Source: Ancylonema sp. (Eukaryota). From it: DNA of 64,000 nt. Position numbers and translations under genes: made by a program. The stretch spans positions 1 through 64,000 of the forward strand of contig JBFLGF010000043.1 of assembly GCA_050230475.1 (NCBI GenBank). The letters are read 5' to 3'. Shown here piece after piece: positions 14,135 through 24,918 of the stretch. Each line of letters starts with the position of its first letter. Position 1 is the first letter of the stretch. The notes below the pieces were generated by a model that saw only the letters and a program-made list of their open reading frames with translations, had not been told where the DNA came from and made no database searches.

Positions 14135-14310
14135 CCGCCGTCCCACCGGTCCAACCGCCAAATAATGGCGGTCGGACGGCGGAATCGCGGCTGGACGGCG
14201 GAATCGCGGTCGGGTGGCGGAAACCCGGCCGGGTGGCGGCCGGGGCGGGCGGAGAAGGTCGGCGGGCGGCCGACCGCCGACCGCCACCGATTCTGGCGGG
14301 TGAGGCCCAT
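14135..14310. repeat. GC-rich MITE-like remnant (family of 11170-11535)
   Basis: Reverse-complement similarity to 11281-11400. Confidence 0.45.
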
Positions 14311-15289
14311 ACTTTTGGGCTCTGGTGTTCCAAGCTGCCTTTTTTAAAACAACATACAAAAATTACAGAGCTCTTGTTATAAACAGAACATTAGTGGTTT
14401 AACAACATCTATTTTTAAGAATGTACTGTCAAACTGGTGGGCTGTGTTAATGCTACTATGGTGCAGCCAGAGCCGAGAAAACCACAAAACACCACTTTCT
14501 TTTTTAAGTTTTTTTTAAGTTTTTTTTTTTTTTCCCGGTAAGGGGTAAAAATGAAAGGCATTTAGTCGACAAGAAGCGTGGGTGTTTCCAATGCTGGTGT
14601 TTCAAGGCTGTCGTACCTATATCGATCGTGTACGGCTACACGTGCAAGCACTACACCGAATAGGCACACCGTACACATCGAGACTATAACAAGGTCCACT
14701 CGACCGTACAAGCTAGTACATAGCAAGGCCATCTCTCTAGGCACACTCCGTACTCGCAAAACCGCGCCTAGACGGCATGCAGTTACCGAGCAGCGCTCCC
14801 CATCACCGCGCCTAGACGGCATGCGGTGCCGCAACTTGTACGAACACAACGCGCTTCAAATTAATGCTCGCTCCCCCCCCCAAGACGGGGAAAAACTCCC
14901 GCGACCCCGGCTTGGTAAATCACCGAGAAAATTTGTGTTTGATCTGCACTTCCCATCATTGCCAACTACCGTTTGCACAATGGTTAGAACACCTACTCCT
15001 CCAAGATATTGGTGGGTTTGGGGTAGCTAGCCCCTCACCCCACACTTATCTAGAGGAGTTGGTCAAAAATCACCCACCAAACAAGTTCCCGCAAGTTTAG
15101 TGTGTTACCACCAAAGGATTCACCTTTCACCTTTGGTCTCTAGGCCTCAAAAACTTGATTGAGCCGTTGCGCCTCATGCGCCAACCTCCTCTCACTTCTC
15201 AATGTTTTTATTGACTTAGTGAATTGAGGTAAGGTTAGTGTCACACTTCTCATAGAAGTTGACCAATCACACTTCCTGCAAAGTTGATT

Positions 15290-15630
15290 ATTGCCCCTCA
15301 TGGAGGTCTTCAATGCCTCCGGCAAAGGCATCAGCCAATCCATTGCATAATTGCCTCTCATAGAGGTCTTCAATGCCTACGGCATTGACACATGTCAATA
15401 CATTGCACTTGCCCCTCATGGAGGTCTCATGCCCCTCATGGAGGTCTTATTAGATACCTCCGGCAAAGGCGTCAGCCAATCCATTGCATATCTGTGATAT
15501 GGTATGGAACACCATTATCACCATCTCATGCAATGTGTCCGATGTTTCATTGCATGGTTCCGATGTGGGGTTCAATGCTCTTTTCATACAATGGTTCCAT
15601 TGTTACATTGCATGGTTCCGATGTAGAGTT
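15290..15630. repeat. Direct repeats in the 3' non-coding region of the DNMT-gypsy element
   Basis: tgcc(c/t)ctcat(g/a)gaggtct occurs 4 times; cctccggcaaaggc.tcagccaatccattgcata twice; ttgcatggttccgatgt twice. Confidence 0.85.
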
Positions 15631-15662
15631 GTGACTACTTCACTCTGAAATAAGTAGCTCAC

Positions 15663-15800
15663 CTAGTGTCGAGGACAAGTCCAGCTCCCTCCGGCACTCC
15701 TAGGGTGGTGTTAATTGTCAAACACCACGTGTGATACCCCTGGTTACATTTGCCGCACAGCACCATCCGCTTCGGGACCGCAACCCACAAACCCGGCAAT
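15663..15800 (-). pseudogene. PHD finger at the C-terminus of the retrotransposon integrase (two frameshifts)
   Basis: Joined reading HCRVCG.../KRMVLCGKCNQGYHTWCLT...GVPEG/WTCPRH*; PHD ligand spacing plus the conserved Trp. Confidence 0.85.
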
Positions 15801-17164
15801 GTATTGTTTCCCCGCGATCATACAACTCCGGGTAGACCCTCTTGTCTCCCACCGGTACAGTGCAGTGATCAATGTGCTTCACCTGCTCCTGCATCGTCGT
15901 CCCATCTCTACCCCCAAGAACTGTTATCCGTGAGTCTCTAAGCTCCACTATCCTCAAGATGTGTGGCCTCGTGTTGACCTCCAGGGAGCTAGCCGTTGGC
16001 CGCTTCAGCAGCACGAAGTCTCCAACCTTGAACTTCGCCTATGGCCTATCCCACCCTCCTCCACGGACTAGCTTGTATCTCTCCACCTCCCTTTGCTGGG
16101 CAATCGCCAGGTTCCTGAATGCCAGTGGCAGAACTTCCTGAAAGATCTGGCCCCTCCTATCTAGGAACACTTTCATGGCCTCCACCCCTTGAGTCATCAA
16201 AGACTCTCTCCTCCTCGTCCCGGATTCGAGCCTGAAAGATCGGCTCCCTTCCAAAAAGCATGAAGTATGGCGAGTAGCCTAGCGACTTTTGCTTGGACAG
16301 CCTGTAGCCCATAGCTACGGAAGGCAATAGTTCATCCCACTGCTCCCCACCTCCCTCAAGCAAGCACTTTTTGAGTGCTTTCTTCATTGTCTGCACCATC
16401 CTCTCCGCCAGCCCATCTGACTGCGGGTGATCCCTGGCTGCAGTCCTGTGAGTGATCTCATAGCGGGCCAGGAGTGTCTCAAACTCTCCTCGAAACTCAC
16501 TACCCTGATCTGTGATCATCTCCCCTGGTGCGCCATACCTGGACAAGATCTGAGACTTGAACTAGTATGCCACCTCTGCGGCCCTCTTGGAGGTTGTTGG
16601 GATGAGCTCCACCCACTTGGTGATTAGCTGTATGCACACCAGTACATATCTGTTCCCCCTCTCCGTCTCCTCCATTGGCCCCGCAAAGTCTACCCCCCAT
16701 CTATACATAGGTCCCTTGATGGGAAGCGGCCGAAGGTTCTTCCCAGACTCTCTAAAAGCAGCCTTGCCCCGAGCGCAACTCATACACTCCTTCACCACTT
16801 TCGCCACCATCTCCACCATGCCTCTCCACCAATAGGTCTTCCCCAGTAGGTATGCTACTCTCATGACCCCAAAGTGGCCCATCTCCTCATGCACTTCTTT
16901 CACCAACCCCTCCCTCTCAGGCGGTCTGGGGATCACTAGCATCCTCCCTTTCTCTCCCACCTTGTACAGGCTGGTTCCCAGCCACCTGTACTTGGTCCCC
17001 CTCCGGTACACCCGATCTCTCTTCAGAGCATCCCACTCCTCACTGTGCTTGCCAGCCTGCAGGTACTCCAACAAGTGTGTGTCAGCCCACACCTCTCCTG
17101 AGGCTGCCTCGGTGGTCTCATCCACTTTCTCCTGTTCCCCCACTCCTAATGCCATCATGGCCAA
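15801..17164 (-). pseudogene. Ty3/gypsy integrase (disrupted)
   Basis: HEEMGHFG...CMSC zinc-binding motif; WGVDFAGP, ITDQGSEF, GLAERMVQ (D,D35E); in-frame stop at ~16562 and frameshifts. Confidence 0.92.
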
Positions 17165-17219
17165 TAGAGTCTCAGGTCGGAAAGTGATATCACCCCGCTC
17201 TCAGTCAGGTACCTCAAGT

Positions 17220-18650
17220 CCTCCCATGGAATCTATGGGGAACTTGGAAAGGCAATCTGCGTTGCCGTTCTCTGCGCCTGCCGTGTGCTCCACCTTGAAG
17301 TCGAACTCTTGCAGCAGCAAAGCCCACCTCGCCAGCTTCCCGGACAACTTCTATGTCGACAGGATCCACTTGATTGGCTCATGGTCGGTCACCAATGTGA
17401 ACTGGTTTCCGATCAGGTACTGCTTGAAATGTGAAGTCGCCCACACTGCAGCCAAGCACTCCCCATCAAAACTATAATAGTTCTTCTCAGTTGGCTTGCA
17501 ACTTCTGCTGGCATAAGCCACAACATAGTCCAGCCCCCGCTCGTCCTTCTGCCCCAGGACTGCCCCCATCCCCTTCTGACTCCAGTAAGTAGCAAGGTAG
17601 AAAGGCTTGCTCCCATCTGGTCGCCTCAACACCCCAGCCGAACACAGCGCCTCCTTTAGTTTAAAAAAGGCCTCCTTTTGTTCCCCCCCCCACTCCTAGA
17701 CCTCTCCTTTCCACAACAGCTTGTTAAGCGGGAAGGCAATGGTGTTGAAATGCGGTACAAACTTGCGATAGTAGCTGAATAGCCCCAACGCCCCCCTTAG
17801 CGATGACAAGTCTGTAGGTGCTGGCAGATCCCTGACTGCCTTCACCTTCTCCTCTTGCGGCTGCAACCTTGCCGCAGTGAACCTGTGCCCCAGGAAATCG
17901 ATGCTCTCTACCGCAAACAGACACTTCCCTAGGTGCACCTTCAACCCCGCTGCTCTGAGTCGTCTCAAGACCTCTTGCAAGTGTCTCAGATGCTCCTCCA
18001 GTGTGCTGCTCCACACAATGATGTCGTCCATGTAACACCTCGCAAATGTCAGCCCCCCCAGAATGTGGTCCATCTGGCGCTGAAAGTAAGGCGGCGCATT
18101 CTTCAGTCCGAACGGCACCACGCACCACTCCCACAAGCATCCGCCTGGCTCCCCATAATGCTATCTTGGCACTGTCCTCCTCCACTAGTGGCATCTGATG
18201 GTACCCTCACCTCAGATCCACCTTGCTGAAGATCTTTGCCCCCTTCATGTCATCGAATATGTCCTCTATCAATGGCAGCAGGACTTGTCGAGTGGCGTCA
18301 ATGCGTTGATTGGCCGGTAGTCCCCGCACTTTCTGAAGTCAGTTTAGTTCCCCTCATCGTCCTTCTTCTTCACCACCACAGTAGCCGAAGCATACTTGGT
18401 CTGGACTGATTTCCTGATGAACTTTAGCTTCTCCAGCTTCTCGCACTACTTCTCCACAAACTCCCACTCTTTTTCCCCGAGTTTGTGCGGCGGCCTGTAA
18501 ACCCTCCCCTCTAACACCACCCCAATGCTCATTGGCTCTACCTTGAACTGCTCCAGATCCTCCATGCTGTAAGCAAATCGATCATTGTTCTCCCTCAGCA
18601 GCTCCAACACCAGCAGCTGGTCCCTTTCCTTTAACCCCCCCCAACCTTGA
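17220..18650 (-). pseudogene. Reverse transcriptase and RNase H (disrupted)
   Basis: FAYSMEDL, RPPHKLG, CGDYRPIN, VPFGLKNAP, CYMDD, IDFLGH. RNase H LATYWS (Asp to Tyr), GECLAAVWA, VTDHEP, ADCLS. Confidence 0.93.
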
Positions 18651-19779
18651 TTTTCTTGAAATTCTCAGAAAAAATAGGTTTTGGGTTTGAGATCCTACCC
18701 TTAGTGCTCACTCCTACCCCTTAATTTTTTTTACCATTCCCCCCAAACTCCCTCTATAAATCTTTTTTTATTATTTTTTTATGATTTTCTGAAGTTTCCA
18801 GTTGGGCCCCAACCGCCCCATCTCCAACCTCCCCCAACCGCTGCCTCCCCCCCAGAACAGCCATCTGCAGCTCTGCAGGCCTCAGTTCTACTCCAAATTC
18901 AGATTGCAATAGTGATATGGATAGCTCTTCCCCCCCTCTATGTTGTGTCAAATTCATGATATCCCCCCCCAAAACTCTTGACTGCAAACGCAAATCTTGG
19001 ATTTCAGATTTGGCCAAATCCAATTTACACTCAGAGTAGCAAAAAGGGCTGAAAATCTTTGATATTGAGTTTCTGAGTACATGGGGTAGCTTTTTGCAAA
19101 TCCCTACCTTATCCTCACTACCAGCTCGAAAACCTGCTTCTGGTTCCAAAACCCTAGGGTTTAACAGCTCTTTTTCTGAATTCTGAACAGAATTTTTGCC
19201 TTTTTGGCTGCCTGAGCTACCTAGCTCTCCTGGGCTGCACGATTTTCAAAATTCTGATCTGCTTAGTGATCTTGGATCCTTAGCCTCTTCCCTACCAGAT
19301 CTCAAAATTACAATTTTTTTTGGCCGGAGGTTCAAAATCGCCCCCTCAGCTTCTCCCTCAGCTATTTTTTTGTCGGGTAGGCAAGCTGGCAATGAGAAAA
19401 GCTGCCCTGATCTGCCCCCTTTGATTCTGGCTGCACCCAGCTATTTTCCTGGTTTTTCATGATGGCCTCTAGCTTTTCCCAAAGTTTCAGCTTCAGAATC
19501 GAAGTCTAGCAGCGCCTGCACCACTTTTTGTGCCTCCACCATCTCCCCTTCCCCTATGAGTCCAGCATACATTCCGTATGCTGGAGGGCTTTCCTTTTCA
19601 AATTCACTCCTATGGTTTTCACCATTGATATCCTGAGCTCCCCAGCTCCATTTCTGTGTGCCTTAGCCAGTTGCCCCCAGCCGCGCCCCAACCGCACCCT
19701 CCCGCAGCCCCACCTGGGCTGCGGCTGCCCCCCCCAACCCCTGATCTTTTCGGGGTTGGGTGGCAGCGCCTCCCTAGCT

Positions 19780-20780
19780 GCTCATGCTGGCTCCCCACAG
19801 AGCCCCCAGCCACCTCATGGTGTTGCCTTCCATGCACTTTCCTAGCCTCTCCGCTCGTTGTTTCGAGGAAACTCCCTCCGCCCGTGTGGTCCCCTCCGGG
19901 AACCCCAGCAGTTGCTCCTTCTCACCCACATCTGGCTCCTCCCACCTGAGGGTGTTGGTGTTGTACACTTGCCCCTCCCCTGGGTTCCCATCCTCCTGAT
20001 TTCGGAAGGCATAACTCCCCTGAAAGCTGACAATCCTCGGCATGAGGATCCTCTCCTCTCCCCGAAAATTCTTCACGACCTGAGGCGAGAAGTCGGTGAG
20101 TGTGCCTTGGGGATGTGATACTCCCTCAAGATCTCCCTCAACGGTGGGCTTGGGTGCAGATCCTGTGGAACTGCCTCCTGTAGTTCATTCCGGTCCATGA
20201 CGTTCGTCCAAAAATAGCGCAGCCGATGGCTGGCTGCTCCCAACCCCCCGGCGTCCATAACCACCCCCAGTCCAATGAAGGACTCTATTAGCCGTGCAGT
20301 CTTTTGCACCGACTCAGGCATCTTTGTCAGCTACCCGGGGTAGGTGTTCTCCAGAAAGTAAACTGGCGATCTGTCGTGGTGATGCTGCAGCCACCCAAGG
20401 ATGCGCACCAGATCGTAGAAATACTGGAATTGCCTATCGGCGTACCCCTCCTGCTTGCCCCCCCGGCTGATACTCTGGCACTCCCAGCCAGCCCCTAAAA
20501 TGTCCACCTCCCGGTTCTGCGCAATAAGGTTTACCAGCGCCATCTCCCCAATCAGCCCCACATCTTGTGGCAACCTCTTCTCCCAACCAATAAATGTCCC
20601 CCTGTTGATCGGGCCTGGGTATTCGAGGATCAACTTCTCGATCACCCCCTCGTTGATCCGGTTGGAGATTGGGCCCCGCTCGGCGCATGACACCAGCCGC
20701 ACCCTCAATCCTGCCGCCAAGGCTGCTCTCGTGGCGCCCAAACCAATAAAGGTCAACAATATGCACCCCCTCCTCCGCTA
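19780..20780 (-). pseudogene. DNMT3/DRM-like DNA cytosine-5 methyltransferase domain embedded in the retrotransposon pol region
   Basis: Ordered motifs: I VHIVDL/IGLG (frameshift ~20750); IV DILGAGWECQSISRGGKQEG (Cys codon 20478-80); VI YFLENT; VIII AASHRLRYFWTN; IX EKEQLLGFPEGTT; X RAERLGKCM. Confidence 0.9.
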
Positions 20781-21585
20781 CCTCCTCCTTCAGGCTCACG
20801 ACCCTGGTGTTAATTGGTGCTGCACCTCTCACTGCTGCCCCCACCCACTTCCGGGATCTTTGTGTTTTTACCTTTCCCAGCAAGCTCTCTCTCGCCTTCA
20901 ACAGCCTCAAAGCTGCCGCCACCCGACGTGCTGCATCCGCCCGCCGCACTTCCACCACTCGCAGATCTGCCTCACTAGGGGCTCCAGTCAGCTCCCCCAA
21001 CCGCGGTTGGGGCTGACTTTGCCGTGTGCCTTTCACAACCACCCCCCCCACCATCACCCTGGGGTCAGGTTGCACCACCCTCGTGTGCTTCCCCCAGCTC
21101 TGAATCTCCCCCTCCTCGCCCATTCCCAGCATCTGTTGCGGTTGGGGTTCCAACCGCGGTTGGCCCTCCTCCAACCGCAGTTGGGCGGTTGGCCCCCCCT
21201 CCCTTGGGCTATCTCTTAACTCTCTGACCGCCATGCCCTGAAATTTCTCCCAGGCTTCCCCATTACCCCCCCCATATCCCTCCTCAGCCCACCCCGGACT
21301 TTTTCCACCCATCTCCTCCTCCGGTAAGAGGTTGGCCTCATCGAGCGCCACCCCTCGAGCTATTTCCCCCTCCATATCCCACCCTCGTGTCGCCTGCTCC
21401 TCCATCTGCTCCAGCAGAGTGAGCAGTGCCAGATTCTGCACCTCCCCTTCCCACTCTAACTTCACCACTCCCTCACTCTCACCCCTTCCCATATCCCCCT
21501 CCTCCACCTCTTCCGACTCGTAAGAATTGTCGCACTCCGCATCCTCAAACTGGCCCTCCTCAGCCTCTGAGCTGTAGAGGTCAGA

Positions 21586-23229
21586 CTACATCTGAACCTC
21601 TCCCGACCACTCCCTCTGGATCCTCCCTAGTGCCATGGCCTGCATTGGGAGTGTTGAGCGCACTGCCCTGCACTCCTCCTCAGTCATCCTACCCTGTGCC
21701 GGTAAAACCCCTCTGATCTTCCCCCCCCCCTTAGCCGCTGAGCGATGGTAATCGACCCTCCATGTGAAGACCTCAACCCGTGAGTCATAAACCCCCCCTA
21801 TTGGTCCAATCACCTCTATCCCCAGTAGTATCTCGTAACACTCTGTGTCTACTACGAAAGCTACCTCCTCGTAAGTGGTTTCGTAGCGTGTTCCAGCAGC
21901 AGAGGTAACACGCAGCTTTTCCTTGGTCATGCGCTGACCCGTCGCCATCTTCCCCGCGGCCGTAACAAATGACACCCCCACTGTCATATGTTCCTCTGTG
22001 AGCCCCATACGCTTGGCCATCCAAGAGCTAATCATAGGTTTTGTAGCCCCCGAATCCAGAATCACCATTCCCAATGGTGATATGTCATTCACCACCAACT
22101 CCCTATTTTTCACTGGAAGTGTAGCCACACTCCAAGGCCCCTTCTTCCCCCCCCCGCCTACCCACCCTGCGTGTAATGGATCCCCCTCCACTAACGACCT
22201 CAGCCCCCCGTACTGATCCATATTTTGTTGTAAAACCTCTGCTTGTAGCCCGTGGAAGTTTCTTTCTAGGGTTTTAAATTTCTCTGCCAGCATGTTTGCT
22301 AGCAGCTCCCCTTGTGTTCCCAACCCCCTCCCCATGATCTGAATCATCTTTGCCTGGTCTATGATTGCCCCTGATTCAGCCAGCTTTTTGAGATCCCGTA
22401 CCACCTCCAACCTCCCCGTCATAATTGGCATCGTCTCTGCAAGTTTCCCGTCGAGGTACTTGCTGGCTGCCTCTAGTTCCACCAGTCTCTCCCTCTCGTT
22501 GGCACTATACACTACTTCCTGTATCCCCTCCTCCGCCACCTCTATCGAAACTGGTTCTCGGCCGTATCTGCCGTACTCCGCCCGCCAGTCATAGGATCCA
22601 AACTGCAAATCTGCTGCCTCTTGCAGCGCTCTCCCCAGTGCAGTGTCCATTCCCGGAGGGTATCCCATAGGGACCCTCACAGTACTACTCTCCCCGACAA
22701 ACCCTGCTAGCGGACCTGTCGCCATTGCTGATGGTGGAGTTGTCACACCCGTGACACTCATCCCCGGTCGGATCTGAACTGCTGGCCCTCTATCCGCCCC
22801 CTCAGTCGGGTACAAAATATCACGCGGCTGAGTGTTGTGTGCGAAGATCACCCTCCTAGGTCGCCCTGGGCCCCTCCTCTCTGCCGCCGTTGCTTCCGCC
22901 GCACGGGCCCCAGCTGCTTGCACGGCCCTCTCTGCTGCATCTTCCTGCTCCAAACGCCGCCCCACGTTTTGGATCGCACGCCTCAAATCAGCTGCCCCCG
23001 GAGATCTTGGTCGTGTTCCCCCTTGAGCTGCACCCGCACTCTGGGGTCCCAGCCTACCCGCCAGGATGCTACCCTCGTCCCTCTCCGTGCTCCGCAGCCT
23101 CTCGGAAGCGCGCACGGGTCCACCACTCTCTCCCCCAGACCGCCCTCCCCGCGCGCGTGGCGCCATCATATGGAATGGTGGCCTGACGTGCACCATTGGC
23201 GCGTCCATGACAACCCACATCTCCCCCAC
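21586..23229 (-). CDS. Retrotransposon ORF segment containing the aspartic protease
   Basis: 547-aa ORF with VILDSGATKPMIS and the downstream YEILLG motif. Confidence 0.85.
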   Translation of the reverse strand: MGEMWVVMDAPMVHVRPPFHMMAPRARGGRSGGESGGPVRASERLRSTERDEGSILAGRLGPQSAGAAQGGTRPRSPGAADLRRAIQNVGRRLEQEDAAERAVQAAGARAAEATAAERRGPGRPRRVIFAHNTQPRDILYPTEGADRGPAVQIRPGMSVTGVTTPPSAMATGPLAGFVGESSTVRVPMGYPPGMDTALGRALQEAADLQFGSYDWRAEYGRYGREPVSIEVAEEGIQEVVYSANERERLVELEAASKYLDGKLAETMPIMTGRLEVVRDLKKLAESGAIIDQAKMIQIMGRGLGTQGELLANMLAEKFKTLERNFHGLQAEVLQQNMDQYGGLRSLVEGDPLHAGWVGGGGKKGPWSVATLPVKNRELVVNDISPLGMVILDSGATKPMISSWMAKRMGLTEEHMTVGVSFVTAAGKMATGQRMTKEKLRVTSAAGTRYETTYEEVAFVVDTECYEILLGIEVIGPIGGVYDSRVEVFTWRVDYHRSAAKGGGKIRGVLPAQGRMTEEECRAVRSTLPMQAMALGRIQREWSGEVQM

Positions 23230-24363
23230 TTAGAATCCCAGTTCCACTCCATTTACATCACCCTTTTCAGCCACCCCCATTGCCAACATCTGACGTGGGT
23301 ATCGAGGGCTGAAGAACTCCTCATCTCCCCTTCCTAGCCTGTCCTCAAACTCAGCAGCCCTCCTCCTTGGTGGCCCTGGCACCGCCATGGCCAACCCCTG
23401 ACGTGGCCGCTTGGCATCACGTGTCCCCCCCTGGGTTGTAGTTCTTGGGGCGAAGCTCCGGGTGCTTTGCCCAACTCTGCGACTCGGTGTGGTTCTGTTT
23501 GTCCCAGAAACTGCATGTTGCCCCCTCCGTCATGTGCACCCGTGGCATGGACATGGTCACCCCTCTCGCCGTCCCAAATCTGGCGGCGAAGGGTGCTTTC
23601 ACACCCTTACCACGTCCCGCTGCTGCCGTCTTGAGTGCCTCCCTCAGCCGCCCCGCCGTCTCCTCCCGCTTCCCTGTGGGACAGTTCGCAGCTTTGTGCC
23701 CCAGCCAGTCACAAGTGAAACACTTGACAAGAGTTTCCCCCCCCAGCCCTCCTCCTCCATTCCCTCCACCTCCACTCCCAACTCCTCCTCCTCCTCCTCC
23801 AATCCCAGATCCCCCCCCTCCTCCTCCTTCTCTTGGCTTCCCCTTCCCCTCCACCCTTCCCCCTCCCTCCTTTTTCCCCTCCTTCTGACTTGGCAACAGG
23901 CCAAACATCCGCAGCTCCGCATCCCGCGACATCTGCGCCCTCTCGTGGGAGGTGGCAATGTCTCTGATATCTGCCATACTCATCTTGGGAAGTCCTGCTC
24001 CATCCCGGCGCTGCTCTTCAGCCCGAAGCTTTGGGCCTACCACCCGCCGCAACCCTCCCGGCAAACAATCCTCATAAAAACACGTTGTCTGACGAGCGCT
24101 GACCATATGTGGAACGAGGTTAACAGTTATCCGGGACAGGTCCTCGTAGATGGAGTTTGCGGTAGCTCTTGCTGCTGGTCTGAAGTTCTGGAACTCCACT
24201 AACCATTCCGACCCCGCGGTTGCAAATCACGTCCTCAACCTCTGGAAGAATCCCTCGAGATCGGCTGTCTCTGCTTCCGGAGGTACTGCTGGAGGCTCCT
24301 GAAGTCCTAAGGTGAGTCGCATCAACTGCCAACTCGCCTTCTGACCATAGTATACGCGCCAGA

Positions 24364-24822
24364 TGTCAGGACCCTCGCTACAGTCACTAGGGCTCCCTAG
24401 CGAGGTCTCCACACTTAGCGCTATAGCGCTACTAGCTCAGTTTTCCCTATAGCGAGGTCTGTCCCTATATAGTGGGAGTTGTGTCCCTAGCGGCCGCCTG
24501 GCCCCTAGGGAGTATTCTGATGTGTCCTTAGCTCAGGAAGTTGTGCCGTTAGCCAGAGTTGCGCCGTTATCCATACCGTATTCAGAGTGAGTTATCCCAC
24601 TTGTAGTCTTGATTCAGACTTGAGCCAGTTTACTATATATAATCCATAAGAATGCCTTAAGAGCATTCCTATCAACTCAAGTACTTGCACTCCGATTTAT
24701 ACCACCACCATTTCACTCGGCTCACGCCATCTTGCCCTATCCGGCGTTTCGCCATCCTTTTGCTTATGTGCACATTGCGCGACTAGCTTGCTAGGGACGT
24801 CTTTTTGCATCCGTCCCTAACA
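24364..24822 (+). repeat. 5' LTR of the chromovirus (459 bp)
   Basis: tgtcaggaccctc...cgtccctaaca; direct repeat of 29448-29897. Confidence 0.95.
24634..24642 (+). promoter_or_regulatory. Putative LTR TATA box
   Basis: TATATATAA starts 32 nt upstream of the PBS-complementary 10-mer at 24666. Confidence 0.6.
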
Positions 24823-24824
24823 CT

Positions 24825-24834
24825 TTGATAGGAA
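24825..24834 (+). other. Self-priming-type primer binding site
   Basis: TTGATAGGAA lies 2 nt after the 5' LTR and is the exact reverse complement of TTCCTATCAA at 24666-24675; no TGG tRNA-type PBS is present. Confidence 0.75.
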
Positions 24835-24918
24835 CTTTTTTTGAAGTTTTTTTTTAGAATATTCTGAAATTGAACTTCATTCAGCCGCCTTCTTTTTCAT
24901 CTTACACCCATCCCACCA

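Noticed and set aside
20455..24202. Long plus-strand ORFs (20455-21219, 23411-24202)
   Set aside because: Pro/Ser-rich antisense shadows of the G-rich minus-strand retrotransposon ORFs
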